Shown here in pieces: positions 44,297-55,039 of a stretch of 64,000 nucleotides of DNA (within the stretch, counting starts at the first letter, position 1; each line of letters begins with the position of its first letter). Location: positions 139,899 through 203,898 of the forward strand of contig JBGASG010000008.1 of NCBI GenBank assembly GCA_044229845.1, in the 5' to 3' direction. This DNA comes from Candidatus Obscuribacteraceae bacterium (GTDB lineage: Bacteria; Cyanobacteriota; Vampirovibrionia; Obscuribacterales; Obscuribacteraceae). The translations under genes were made by a program, and so were the position numbers. The notes under the pieces are model-generated. The model saw only the letters and a list, made by a program, of their open reading frames with translations, ran no database searches and was not told where the DNA came from.

Positions 44297-46345
44297 CTAC
44301 GGCACCCAATCAATAGAATTGGAATCGACGCCGGGCGCATGCAACCAGCCAAACGATCGGGGTGCGCCGGCGCGGTCAACCATCGACAAACCGCCGCCGT
44401 TTTTCAATGTATATATACTAGCGGTACCGGAGGTATCTTTTGTCGGTGCAGCGAATTCGGACAAGCGATTCTGAAAAGTAGAAACTTTGATGCCGGAGGC
44501 GGTGGCGAACGCCGGCGATGAATAGGCGATATCGGTTACCACGCCTGCGACAATGCGGACGGCGAGGAAATAGCGTTTGGCGCCGGTGCCGTTGAAATAG
44601 GCGAGAACGCCGTTCTTCTCGCCAGCATTCGGTTTGCCGAGCAAGGACAGAACATCGGCGCGGGACATGCCAAGCCTGGCTTTCGCGATCGATGCACCGG
44701 GTGTGACCAGCGTCGAAGAACTAACCGGCGCGGCAGATGGCGGAGCCGTAGAACTCGAAGCAGCACTTGCGGGCGCGGGTGATTGCGCACTGCCTGTAGT
44801 GGCAGTGCCAGCCCTGGCCGCCGGTATCCAGGATAGCGAAGCGGGTTCCATATCACCTTTATGCAACAAGGCGACGACTGCATGACTGTCGGATTTTGGA
44901 GAAACTACTGAGAAACCGCCGCCCTTGAAAGTACGCACAAGAAACTGCGGATCTACTTCAACCTGTTTGAACTTGCCCTGGTTCACCGCGAGCGAAGCCA
45001 ACCCCACGCTGTCTTGCGTGCGGAAGAAGGGCGAAGAGAAAGCCACCTGACTGAGGTTGTTGCCGGCAAACTTCAAGCATAGGAAATAGCTTTTGCCTGC
45101 CCAGTACGTGACGGTGTCGCCACTGGTTGACGCCGGCTTACCGAGCATTTCCATCACTTCGGTTTTGCTCATGCCCAAATTGATCCTGCCGACCGAAACA
45201 CCCGGCACCAGCAACGTGCGACTCGTGGGCGGACCTGCCGGCACCTGCGCCGCAGCGGCCGGGGGCGTGGCGTGCGTGGACGGAGTCGTGGCATGCGGCA
45301 CAGGAGTCGATACGGCCGGCACCGGATTGGTCACCGCCGCAATAGTCTCAGGCGGCACCATCGCATCCGGCACCGCCGCTTTAGATGCCGAAGCCAGTGT
45401 CGACAAACTGCCGGTTTCGTCGTCCGCCAGTCCGGGATGCCGACTGGTCGGCTCCGCAGCCAAGCGCAGTTCGTTGCCCTTCCACTGACTGGACAGCACA
45501 GGGGTCTGCAAAACGCCGCGCTCGCGCAACACCGTGTCCTGCACCTGGTCTTTGAGCGCCGAAAACACGCTGCCGATCGACGCGTTCGCACCTTGATTGC
45601 GCAGCACTTGCAAAAGACTGGATGTGAACACGCCATTAGCGAGTTTCTTGCTCTCCCATGAAGCTTGATTGTCCTTGCTCGACGCAATCACCATCTGTCC
45701 GCTCCCCGCAGAAAACTCCTGTGCATCGACACCACTGCGGAAAAGTCCCTTCGCTCCAGTGCCGGCAGCAGTCAATCCCCCGCTATGGCAGGCATCCAGA
45801 AAAATCACGACGCGATCACAGTGCACGCGCTGTTTGATATCGCTCGCCAGCGTTCGCATCGACAAGCCGGTCGCGTACAAGTCGTTGACGTCCGTGTCGC
45901 TGGCCACCAAATAATTGTCGCCGCCCACATCAAGGTCTGCACCGCTGCCGTGCGTCGAGAAATACAACACCACCAGGTCGTCCGGATTGGCCACACGCGG
46001 CAGCCACTTGTTGCCCAATTCTGATCTGATGCGCCGGTACGTCGCATCCTGATTGAGGATGACTTTCACATGGTCCTTCGCGAAGCCAGCCTCATTGACC
46101 AGGTAATCGGCAAAGTCCCGCGCATCTTTGGCGGAGTACTTGAGATTGAAGCGGGGGTCCGCGAACGTGCCTATCCCGACGACCAGCGCCCACTTGTCGC
46201 GGACAGGACGATTTGCCCCGTCGTCGTCGTCATTCGCCATCGCTCGATTGCCGGGCGTGTTCAAACACGCAACGACTATCGCCACGATTCCAAGGTTTCT
46301 TCCCCAGCGACTTCCCAACATGCCGGACATTATACAGAGTCCCAT
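44297..46345 (-). CDS. Secreted caspase-like (peptidase C14) protein with two C-terminal repeat domains
   Basis: KWALVVGI, catalytic FSTHG and DACHSG, NGVFT; Pro/Ala linkers; two copies of LV.PG.S...LGMS...V...LGKP. Confidence 0.85.
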   Translation of the reverse strand: MGLCIMSGMLGSRWGRNLGIVAIVVACLNTPGNRAMANDDDDGANRPVRDKWALVVGIGTFADPRFNLKYSAKDARDFADYLVNEAGFAKDHVKVILNQDATYRRIRSELGNKWLPRVANPDDLVVLYFSTHGSGADLDVGGDNYLVASDTDVNDLYATGLSMRTLASDIKQRVHCDRVVIFLDACHSGGLTAAGTGAKGLFRSGVDAQEFSAGSGQMVIASSKDNQASWESKKLANGVFTSSLLQVLRNQGANASIGSVFSALKDQVQDTVLRERGVLQTPVLSSQWKGNELRLAAEPTSRHPGLADDETGSLSTLASASKAAVPDAMVPPETIAAVTNPVPAVSTPVPHATTPSTHATPPAAAAQVPAGPPTSRTLLVPGVSVGRINLGMSKTEVMEMLGKPASTSGDTVTYWAGKSYFLCLKFAGNNLSQVAFSSPFFRTQDSVGLASLAVNQGKFKQVEVDPQFLVRTFKGGGFSVVSPKSDSHAVVALLHKGDMEPASLSWIPAARAGTATTGSAQSPAPASAASSSTAPPSAAPVSSSTLVTPGASIAKARLGMSRADVLSLLGKPNAGEKNGVLAYFNGTGAKRYFLAVRIVAGVVTDIAYSSPAFATASGIKVSTFQNRLSEFAAPTKDTSGTASIYTLKNGGGLSMVDRAGAPRSFGWLHAPGVDSNSIDWVP

Positions 46346-46616
46346 TTCCGCCAGATTTTGCGCTCGCGGCAGCTGTGAGGGCTGGGCCCGTTGGACTGCC
46401 TTGCAAATTGTTGATCTTTACGACAAGAGGGGAACGCTGGGAGAGATTTCTTACACCAACCCGAAAAGCGCATCAGCAGCTGGTTTGCGACGACATCTGT
46501 CATCAACCAGCCGGTCGACCGAAATTATCGTATAGATCAACAATTTCCAAAGCACGGTTTGAGCGCACCCAACCGGTCCGCTGACGTATAAAAATCGAGC
46601 AAAAAATCTAACCCAA

Positions 46617-47054
46617 TCAGGAGGGCGATTGCAGACTGCGCAAATACTTGCGGATCGCCTTGGAGGCAGCAATCAGCTTCAAAAACTGCATGCGCGCCTC
46701 TTCCCAGTCGTTGTTGCGCACCGCGTCTTCGATTTCGCAGCAGCAGAAGGCAATCGACTTCGCACCAACGACGGTGCAGGTATTGCTCAACTCCTGCAAA
46801 ACGCACAACGCAGCGTTGAAGTTTTGCACTTCCAACGCCAATTTCAAATCTGCGAACAGCAGATTGGCTTGATTGAGAAACGTCTGCAGAACGTCTGCGG
46901 CGGCATCGCGCCCAAGTGTCGCCGTCAGGGCAGCAAATTGCTGCTCTATTGGTACGGCACCGCCATTCGCCACCCAGCCCTCAGGCGGGGTTTTCGCTGA
47001 TCGAGAGACGAGGTGACTGCCCGGTTCTTCTGACAGTATTCCTGGTTGTGTCAT
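46617..47054 (-). CDS. Stand-alone Hpt-like protein lacking the conserved His
   Basis: LGRDAAADVLQTFLNQANLLFADLK...VLQELSNTCTVVGA aligns with the in-window Hpt [14 protein letters not shown]; His replaced by Gln. Confidence 0.75.
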   Translation of the reverse strand: MTQPGILSEEPGSHLVSRSAKTPPEGWVANGGAVPIEQQFAALTATLGRDAAADVLQTFLNQANLLFADLKLALEVQNFNAALCVLQELSNTCTVVGAKSIAFCCCEIEDAVRNNDWEEARMQFLKLIAASKAIRKYLRSLQSPS

Positions 47055-47394
47055 AACGCTACGCGCGGATTCCTAGAACCATCTACGGGTGGTACTGCTA
47101 GTTTCGTTATACAACCGTCAGATGTCCAGCGGCCACCATAAAACACGGGGCAAACCCCAGCACTGTGGTTATCTTAGCTTTACAACTCAATTTCGGACGC
47201 ACGAAAGCCGCCAACCGAAAAGACCGAAACGCACGCCAGGGCCCAAAAGAGTAAGGAGCTCCTTCGCCATTAGCGGTGCAACACAACCGCACGAAGAGCC
47301 CCTTGACATCAACTAACATATCAGCCGCTGAGCTTACCTCGTAAGTCCCAACGGACAGCTTTTGCAATGTTTCGTTACAATCGCCCGAAGGCGC

Positions 47395-48051
47395 TCAGCC
47401 CATGGATTTCAGGGTCTTGAGCTTTTGCAGTGTTTTGCGTGCAAAATTTGCCTGAACAATATGTGGTCCAGCCAACCTTTCTAAGGTCTGATTGGCTCGG
47501 GCGCATACATAAGGATTCTCGTCGTTGAGCAACAGTCGCAAAAACGCCTCGGGCGTCTGGCTGTTGTGTGCCATGGCATAACGCACGTCGGAGCTCTCGT
47601 CCCGACAGAGCTTCGCCAGAGTTTCTTCCTTAGTAGATGGATTTTCCGCCACCGCCGCCCGCACTTCCGGACTTCCATGGTCAGCCAGGGCATCGAGGGT
47701 GATGCGGTGGGCGCTCGAGTTTTCGGCAACGCGGCGCGCCACCTCCAAATCGCTCAGCTTGCTCAGATAGTTGAGCACCGCCTGTGGTGTCTTCGGATTA
47801 CCGGCGATGATGTAACGCGTGTCCGCCGAATCCGCCTGTTCAATGAGAACGCGCAATTCAGCCCAGGTTGTACAAACATAGTCTTGCGGCTCGGAGGCAT
47901 AGCGCTCCCGCACCACAAGCGTCAGCGCTTCCCGCATGTAATCCGGGTAGCCCCACGTGAAACATATAGAATATGAAAGTGCGAACGCATCTTCCGGCAA
48001 AACTTTGGAGTCGCCGCCCTCAGGGTCACGCTGTCGATTTTTAGCGGTCAT
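47395..48051 (-). CDS. LRV/HEAT-like repeat protein, paralog 3
   Basis: IAGNPKTP, VAENSS, VRAAVAENPST, VRYAMAHN, DENPYVCARA; likely start ATG 48051. Confidence 0.8.
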   Translation of the reverse strand: MTAKNRQRDPEGGDSKVLPEDAFALSYSICFTWGYPDYMREALTLVVRERYASEPQDYVCTTWAELRVLIEQADSADTRYIIAGNPKTPQAVLNYLSKLSDLEVARRVAENSSAHRITLDALADHGSPEVRAAVAENPSTKEETLAKLCRDESSDVRYAMAHNSQTPEAFLRLLLNDENPYVCARANQTLERLAGPHIVQANFARKTLQKLKTLKSMG

Positions 48052-48323
48052 TTCCAAACGGCTGGCGCCGATGCGAGGGGAGACGAGCGGGCAACGCACA
48101 TAATCTGTTGTCAATATGCCCGTAACATTTCCGAGCACGGCTGGGGCAAGCTTGATCAAAATAGGGAAAAACCCCTAATAAGCTGGTGATTTTGCTTAAT
48201 AAAGTTCGCGAAAAGACAAATCGCGGGCTTTGACGGTTCCGCTCGTGCGGTTTGGTGGCATACTCCAAATGGGGGACTCTAAATTGCCGAGCCCCTCACC
48301 CGTAGGAGACCTTTTCCGCCCGC

Positions 48324-50522
48324 ATGGATAGCCAAGATCAAGAATTAGATCAACTAAGGCAGCGCGTCAGCATGCTCGAAAAGATGCTCGCGGCCCAGCA
48401 GCGCGCGGTCGTTGAGCAAACCAGCGAGCACGAGTTGACGCTCGCCGAACTCAAGTCTCTCGCTCTCAAACTGGCTCAGGCACGCGACCAAGCTCTGGAA
48501 GCATCGCGCATGAAGTCCGAGTTTCTGGCTAACATGTCGCACGAAATTCGTACGCCGCTCAACGGCGTTATCGGTATGAGCGACCTCTTGTTGCGTACGC
48601 AACTCAACCCGGAACAGCGTGAACACGCCAACATCATTCACGACTCCGCCAAAATTTTGCTCGACATCATCAACGACATCTTGGACTTCTCCAAGATCGA
48701 GGCCGGCAAGGTCGATCTGGAAATTCTCGACTTCGAGCCGATTCAGATCATCGAAGCCACCGCCGAACTTCTGGCAGACAAAGCGCGTCAGAAGAAACTC
48801 AACCTGATGACCTACATCTCGCCCAAGGTGCCTCGACTCCTGCGCGGCGACCCCGGTCATATCCGGCAAATCCTTCTCAACCTGGCCAGCAACGCGGTGA
48901 AGTTTACCGACTCCGGTGAAGTTGTGATTCGCGTCATGCCTGAGGAGATCAACGAAACCTCGGTGAAACTGCGGTTTTCCGTCCGCGATACCGGCATCGG
49001 CATTCCCAAACCGACATTACTCAAGCTGTTCAGTCCGTTCACCCAAGCCGATGGTTCGATCACCCGCAGATATGGTGGCACCGGCTTGGGACTCTCCATC
49101 TGCAAAGGCCTTGTCGAACTGATGAACGGCGAAATCAACGCCGACAGCGTCAAGGGCGGTGGTTCCACATTCTGGTTCACCGTCACCATGGAACGCAGCA
49201 GTCTCGCCGACGAACGCCCATCCGCCGATGCCGACCTGCTCGGCAAGCGCGCCGTCATCGTCAACGCGCCGCCGACGGTCGCCGAGATTATCTATTCTTA
49301 TTGCGCCGAATGGGGCGTCGAATGCGTCATCGAACAAAACGTCGGCGAAGCGGTCGAGCTGATGCGGCAAGAAACCTTCGGTGAGCGCCCGTTCGACGTC
49401 GTGCTTTTTGATGTCCCGACTGTGGAACCGGAATTTTTGCGCCTCTCCGATTACATAAAACAAGACATGCTTCTCTATCACACGAAGATGGTCTTGATCT
49501 CGCCGACGTCAATTAAGGGTCCCGCCGATCAGGCTGAACTCGGTTTCGCCGGCTATTTGTCCAAGCCTTTGAAGCATCAGCAATTGCATGATGTGCTGAT
49601 GAACGTCTTGAGCGGCGCCGCCATGCGCAAGCTCGATCTGACTTTGACTCAACCCATCCCGAAACCGTCGGAACAGGAAGAGTTGATTCTGGTTGCCGAA
49701 GACAACCCGGTCAACCAGAAAGTCGCACTCTTGCAACTGAAAAATATGGGCTTCGCCGCGCATGCGGTCGGCAACGGATTGGAGGCTGTGGACGCGGTAG
49801 CCAGTGGTTCGTACACGCTGGTGCTCATGGACTGCCAGATGCCTGAGATGGACGGCTTCCAGGCGACGGTAGCTATCCGTAAAGCAGAAACTCTCACCGG
49901 TCTGCGCATTCCGATTATCGCCATGACCGCCAATGCCATGGAAGGCGACCGCGAAAAATGTATCGCCGCCGGCATGGACGACTACATATCCAAACCAGTA
50001 GATCCGAAGAAACTGCAGGACGTGCTCAGCCGCTGGGTTTCTTCCGACGGCATGCCGCGTCTTTTGACGCCGGAGACCGGCAACACGCCTCAACTTGGTT
50101 ATCCGGTCGCCGACCTCGATGAAGACCAGCCGGTCGAACCCATCTCGGAAGACCCGGTCAACATTCCGCTTTTGCAAAAAACGTGCGGCACCGAAGTGGC
50201 CCGCGAGATCTTAGAAGTCTTTTTGAATACGGCAGAAACTCTGCTCGACGGCATCGAGGGCGCGCGCCAAAAACGCGACGCCCGCGCGCTGGAATCACTG
50301 GCGCACCAGTTGCGCGGCAGCGCCGCCGCCATTGGTGCCACCGAACTGGTTCGCCTCTCGGTGCGCATGGAAGACGCCGCCACCCAGGATAACTGGGTGC
50401 AAGCCCGCATCATCTATGAAGCGTTGAAGTGGTCGTTCCGCCGCCTCAACAGATTCGTCAGTTTCAGCCTCGAACATTCCTTCCCGAAAAATCCGGACGC
50501 TTCGCACCCGCAACCGCACTGA
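48324..50522 (+). CDS. Soluble hybrid histidine kinase (coiled coil-HisKA-HATPase-REC-REC-Hpt)
   Basis: [61 protein letters not shown]. Confidence 0.93.
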   Translation: MDSQDQELDQLRQRVSMLEKMLAAQQRAVVEQTSEHELTLAELKSLALKLAQARDQALEASRMKSEFLANMSHEIRTPLNGVIGMSDLLLRTQLNPEQREHANIIHDSAKILLDIINDILDFSKIEAGKVDLEILDFEPIQIIEATAELLADKARQKKLNLMTYISPKVPRLLRGDPGHIRQILLNLASNAVKFTDSGEVVIRVMPEEINETSVKLRFSVRDTGIGIPKPTLLKLFSPFTQADGSITRRYGGTGLGLSICKGLVELMNGEINADSVKGGGSTFWFTVTMERSSLADERPSADADLLGKRAVIVNAPPTVAEIIYSYCAEWGVECVIEQNVGEAVELMRQETFGERPFDVVLFDVPTVEPEFLRLSDYIKQDMLLYHTKMVLISPTSIKGPADQAELGFAGYLSKPLKHQQLHDVLMNVLSGAAMRKLDLTLTQPIPKPSEQEELILVAEDNPVNQKVALLQLKNMGFAAHAVGNGLEAVDAVASGSYTLVLMDCQMPEMDGFQATVAIRKAETLTGLRIPIIAMTANAMEGDREKCIAAGMDDYISKPVDPKKLQDVLSRWVSSDGMPRLLTPETGNTPQLGYPVADLDEDQPVEPISEDPVNIPLLQKTCGTEVAREILEVFLNTAETLLDGIEGARQKRDARALESLAHQLRGSAAAIGATELVRLSVRMEDAATQDNWVQARIIYEALKWSFRRLNRFVSFSLEHSFPKNPDASHPQPH

Positions 50523-50785
50523 AGCTCAGCAGGCCGTTATAGTCACGCAGCGCCGACAAGCTCATGCATAACGAGGTTGTGCGCGTATCCCTCTCCTGCA
50601 GGCGCTTTCGGGGATCGAAGGCGGGGACTGTCATAGGTTTTAGACAATGGTCTGAGCCTTCCGGGGCGCCCGTGTAAAGCGATTTCCAATGGACCTGTTG
50701 GATTTTACGTTGCTAGATTGTCATCAAACGGGGTGTCGCTTGCGCGTCACCCCTGACACACCAATTTTGGGGGCGAAAGGGCGTA

Positions 50786-51433
50786 ATGAGTGACACGGAC
50801 GTGCACGACATCAGCAGCATTCGTTTCTCGCTGGAAAAGGAAGACATGGCTTTTATCATGGGCTTCCACTGGCAAACTTCGAATCACCTGAAAGAAGCTG
50901 TCCATATTTTGTTGCGCTCGAACCTCAGCCGTGAGGGATGCGGCGGCAGCAACGAGCCGAGAGTGCTCGAAGAAGCCGAATTCCGCAAAATCAAACTGCT
51001 GATCGCCAGCAACCCATATACACCGTCCTCGGTGCTCGTCTACCTGGCGCGCGACCCCGATCCCACGATCGTCCAGCGCGTTGCAGAGAATCCCCGCACA
51101 CCGGGCTTTTGTCTGCATTTCCTGGGCTGGCATCCGGACGCCGAAGTGCGGCTCGCGGTGGCTGAAAATACGTCCACCTGGAATGAGACCTTGCAGGGTC
51201 TGATCATCGACGCGAATCCTGATGTGCGCTTTAGAATTGCCGAGAATCCTTCCACACCGAATGCGGTGCTCGAACAGCTCCGGCAAGACTCGAATCCCTA
51301 CGTCAGTCATCGTGCCTCCGAAACCCTGAGTGCTCCCAGTGCTCTCCAAGAAAACGCCGCACAGGTACTCACTCTCGACTTCGCTCCGGCGCAAAAACAG
51401 CGCAAACGGAAAGCGGTCGCGGGCAGAGCCTAG
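50786..51433 (+). CDS. LRV/HEAT-like repeat protein, paralog 4
   Basis: IASNPYTP, VAENPRTP, VRLAVAEN, VRFRIAENPSTP, DSNPYVSHRA. Confidence 0.8.
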   Translation: MSDTDVHDISSIRFSLEKEDMAFIMGFHWQTSNHLKEAVHILLRSNLSREGCGGSNEPRVLEEAEFRKIKLLIASNPYTPSSVLVYLARDPDPTIVQRVAENPRTPGFCLHFLGWHPDAEVRLAVAENTSTWNETLQGLIIDANPDVRFRIAENPSTPNAVLEQLRQDSNPYVSHRASETLSAPSALQENAAQVLTLDFAPAQKQRKRKAVAGRA

Positions 51434-51556
51434 TGGTCAACGTCGCCGCATAGCCGGTTAGACCGGCTTTGTTCTCGCGGCGGCGTGTTTCTCAGGAGTC
51501 CTGATAGGGAACGATGGAGAAGAGTGCGCACGAAATAACACGGATGGGCGGCAGCA

Positions 51557-53959
51557 ATGCTTGACGGGGCCACAGCGGTCATCTTCTGGGTGTTGGCTGG
51601 GGTGCTGGTCCTCATCAACGTGACTATTTTGACGACTTTGCTCGCGCCCTCGCTGATGCGGAAAAAACGTAGCCGGTCAGCCTACGACGACAGCTACCCG
51701 ATGAACCTGTACGACAAGGTCGTCTTCCTCGAAAGCACCGTCAAACAACTGACTGCCGATCGCGGCAGACAAGTTCAGGATCTCAAAGACACACTCGATC
51801 ACCGCCTGCAGCAGCTCAATGCCGTCAACAACGAGATGCGCTGGCTGGCTTACGAACTCAAACAGGCGCGCGAGCAGGCAACCAATGCCACGCGCGCCAA
51901 GTCCGAGTTTCTCGCCAACATGTCGCATGAGATCAGGACGCCTCTCAATGGATTGATCGCCTCCGCCGAACTTTTGAAGATGACGAAACTGGACGAGCAG
52001 CAACGCGATTTCGTCCAGATGGCGCAAGACTCAGGCGCCGCGTTACTCGAAATCGTCAACGACATCTTCGACTTCTCGAAGCTGGAAGCCGGTAATCTGG
52101 ACTTCGAGGTCATCGACTTCGATGTTGTCAGCCTCGTGGAAGGCAGCGCCGCGCTGGTTTCTCAACGGGCGCACGAGAAGAAACTCTCCCTTATGACCTT
52201 CGTTTCTCCCGACATTCCGCGGCGCCTCCTCGGCGACCCGGCACGCGTGAAGCAGGTGCTGGTTCACCTGATTGGCAATGCCATCAAATTTACGGACGAG
52301 GGTGAAGTTGTCGTGCGCGCCCAGGTGCATAAGCTGGACGAAGAACGCGCCGTGGTGCGATTTGTCATTCAGGATACCGGCATCGGCATGTCGCGGGAAT
52401 CGGCGCTCAAGTTGTTCGAACCGTTTCGGCAGGGCGACCCGACCACCACACGCAAGTACGGCGGCAACGGACTGGGACTTTCGATCGCCAAACGCCTGGT
52501 CGAATTGATGGACGGCGAAATCGGCGTCGACACCGCCGAAGGGCAGGGATCGTCGTTCTGGTTCACCATTCCGCTGAGCCGGGTGCCGACGGCCAAGCCG
52601 TCCGCCACACCATCCCTGGCGCCCGTCTCTCGCATCGACTTCCAGAACCTGCGCATGCTGATGGTCAGCGGAGAATCGGGTTCCAAGGAAGTCATCGAAG
52701 ATTACGCCGAGTCCTGGCACATCCAGTGCGAAACCGTCGACGGCGGCAACGCCGCCCTGCGTCTTATGTCGGAGCGATTCGCGGCGCACCGCCCGTTCGA
52801 CATCGTCATGTTCGACAACGAAATGCCGGACATCGACCCGCTCGACTTCGCGCACGAAGTCAAAGAAAGCCCCGAGCTGTTCAATACAGTCTTGATTCTG
52901 CTGGCGGCGTTCGACCAGCCAGGTCGCGGACCGGTGGCTCTGGAATCCGGCTATGCAGCCTATTTGACCAAACCATTCAAGCAATCCAACTTCTTCGACT
53001 GCATCCAGAACGTCATGGAAGTTGCGCAACAAGATGCATTGAATCGCGCACCGGATGTAGTGCGCAAGCTAGGCAGCGTCACACCGTTGCGCATGCGCAA
53101 CGACAGCCGCCCGCTGGTTCTGATTGCCGAAGACAACCTGGTCAACCAGAAAGTGGCGCGCATCCAGCTGGAGAACCTCGGCTGCGAAGTGCACATCGTC
53201 GGCAACGGCGAAGCAGCCGTCGATGCCATGCAGAAACTCACTTACAGCCTCGTTTTCATGGACTGCCAGATGCCGCTGGTGGACGGGTATGAGGCGACTC
53301 AGATGATTCGCAAGCACGAAGCGCTGACCGGGCGCCGCACACCAATCGTCGCCATGACCGCGCACGCCTTGCAGGGCGACCGCGAGAAATGCCTGGAAGT
53401 CGGCATGGACGACTACATAAGCAAGCCGGTCAAGCCGGAAACCTTGCGTGAGGCATTGCACCGCTGGGTGCCGGAAACCGTCATGGAACACGACATCGAT
53501 GAGCGCGAAATGCGCCGCCGCGAGCGCGCCGCTTCCGGTTCATTCGCCGCCACTTCGGCCGCAGCCGCATCCGCCTCAGCCGGCGGTGCATCCGCAGCCG
53601 CCGCCGGCGCCACGTCCGGTTCCTTCTCTGCCGTAGCCGGCACCGAGGGCTCCGCTGGCGCCGACGACGACCACGACACCGACGACAACGGCTTCGACTA
53701 TGACGATGGACCCGGCACTGCATCCGCACCGGGCGCACTGTCGGGTGAGATCACTGCCGACAAAATCCGCAATATGAAAAAGGAACTGAAGGACACCAAG
53801 CCGGACAGCAAACCCGACACCTCATCGGATGGCGGTGGTAGTTCCGGTAGTACATCCGACACATCGGACAGGACCTCAGACACACCGGACTCCGATCGCT
53901 CAAAGAAGAGCACGCGTCCAGACGCCAGGCATAACCCGCGTCCGCGGCACGGCAAATAG
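51557..53959 (+). CDS. Membrane-anchored hybrid histidine kinase (TM-coiled coil-HisKA-HATPase-REC-REC-disordered tail)
   Basis: Single N-terminal [41 protein letters not shown]; Ala/Ser/Asp low-complexity tail in place of an Hpt. Confidence 0.92.
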   Translation: MLDGATAVIFWVLAGVLVLINVTILTTLLAPSLMRKKRSRSAYDDSYPMNLYDKVVFLESTVKQLTADRGRQVQDLKDTLDHRLQQLNAVNNEMRWLAYELKQAREQATNATRAKSEFLANMSHEIRTPLNGLIASAELLKMTKLDEQQRDFVQMAQDSGAALLEIVNDIFDFSKLEAGNLDFEVIDFDVVSLVEGSAALVSQRAHEKKLSLMTFVSPDIPRRLLGDPARVKQVLVHLIGNAIKFTDEGEVVVRAQVHKLDEERAVVRFVIQDTGIGMSRESALKLFEPFRQGDPTTTRKYGGNGLGLSIAKRLVELMDGEIGVDTAEGQGSSFWFTIPLSRVPTAKPSATPSLAPVSRIDFQNLRMLMVSGESGSKEVIEDYAESWHIQCETVDGGNAALRLMSERFAAHRPFDIVMFDNEMPDIDPLDFAHEVKESPELFNTVLILLAAFDQPGRGPVALESGYAAYLTKPFKQSNFFDCIQNVMEVAQQDALNRAPDVVRKLGSVTPLRMRNDSRPLVLIAEDNLVNQKVARIQLENLGCEVHIVGNGEAAVDAMQKLTYSLVFMDCQMPLVDGYEATQMIRKHEALTGRRTPIVAMTAHALQGDREKCLEVGMDDYISKPVKPETLREALHRWVPETVMEHDIDEREMRRRERAASGSFAATSAAAASASAGGASAAAAGATSGSFSAVAGTEGSAGADDDHDTDDNGFDYDDGPGTASAPGALSGEITADKIRNMKKELKDTKPDSKPDTSSDGGGSSGSTSDTSDRTSDTPDSDRSKKSTRPDARHNPRPRHGK

Positions 53960-54207
53960 CCCACCCAGCGCGCAAACACATCAACACACCCGACGTTGTC
54001 ACACGCGAGAGCACCAGCGAGCGCAGAATTCCCGGGTTGCCATGAGGCGCAATCTTCGGGAAGGCGCCTGAATACAGCGACTTCGCAAATTTTTTGAACA
54101 CAGCGGGAACAGCCGGAGGAGGTGGGCGTCGAAAGGCGTATGCACGGGATTCAGCACCTGTGCGCAATTTTGGTTGAGTTGCAAGCCCATTTGGTCAGGA
54201 GGCGGTT

Positions 54208-54672
54208 ATGGTTAATGTGCAAGCGAAACGCGTCGGAATCGCGGCTCTCGCTGTCGTACTACTGAGCGGTTCGAGTTTGATGGCTCCGGCGGAAGCCCAA
54301 TCTTATAGAGCGAGCGTCGCCCGCTCGCAGTACAAAGCCCGCACCTTCTTCCAGAGTCATCCTAAAGTCAAATCGGCAACCGTCGGCGCCGCCGTCGGAA
54401 CCGCAGCCGGAGCCGGCGCCGGGCTTCTCAGCGGCAGAGGCATTCTGCGCGGAGCCTTAATCGGAGCAGGCACCGGAGCCGGTGTCGGACTGATTCGTTC
54501 CAGCCATGTAATGAAACGCCACCCCATCGTCAATGACACCGCCACTGGTGCGGTCGTCGGTCTCGGACTGGGCGCCGCCGCCAGCCGCGGACATCACAAA
54601 CTCGCCGCCGCCACCGGCATCGGTGCCGCCGCGGGTCTGGGACTCGGACTTCTGCGCGACACCCTGCGATAA
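54208..54672 (+). CDS. Small secreted glycine-zipper protein
   Basis: Signal peptide ending PAEA; two repeats of HP.V..A..GA.VG...GA; GGAGG RBS. Confidence 0.75.
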   Translation: MVNVQAKRVGIAALAVVLLSGSSLMAPAEAQSYRASVARSQYKARTFFQSHPKVKSATVGAAVGTAAGAGAGLLSGRGILRGALIGAGTGAGVGLIRSSHVMKRHPIVNDTATGAVVGLGLGAAASRGHHKLAAATGIGAAAGLGLGLLRDTLR

Positions 54673-54754
54673 AGGACTGCGTTGAAGAAACGCAAAGCGC
54701 GCAAACAAGCTTCCCGTTCGCAGCGCGGGAAACAACGGTGACCCTCACGGGAAG

Positions 54755-54960
54755 CCACGGACCAAGGACCATGGAAACACGGACCACAGACCACGGATAC
54801 GCAGACCACGGATCAGACAATTGGTGACCGGAAAGTCCAAGTGAAATCGCAGGATGCACGAACCGGCGGCGACGTGAGGACTACTCGAAAGCAAGACCAA
54901 GGACCGCAAGGACCAGACCGCAAAGACCGCAAGGACGAAGGACCGAGGACCAAGGAAACT
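54755..54960 (+). repeat. Degenerate short tandem (heptamer-like GGACCAM/GACCGCA) repeats
   Basis: e.g. GGACCAAGGACCATGG, CACGGACCACAGACCACGG, GGACCGCAAGGACCAGACCGCAAAGACCGCAAGGACGAAGGACCGAGGACCAAGG. Confidence 0.7.
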
Positions 54961-55039
54961 GCTACATGACGCGAAAGGGCGAGACCTATTGGTCTCGCCC
55001 TCTTCCTTGTCCACGCGTCATAAGACATCACATCGGAGG

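Noticed and set aside
47145..47215. c-di-GMP-I riboswitch (GGCAAACC...GGACGCA..AAAGCC)
   Set aside because: Lacks the GNRA-capped P2 pairing and the P3 region; the match is superficial
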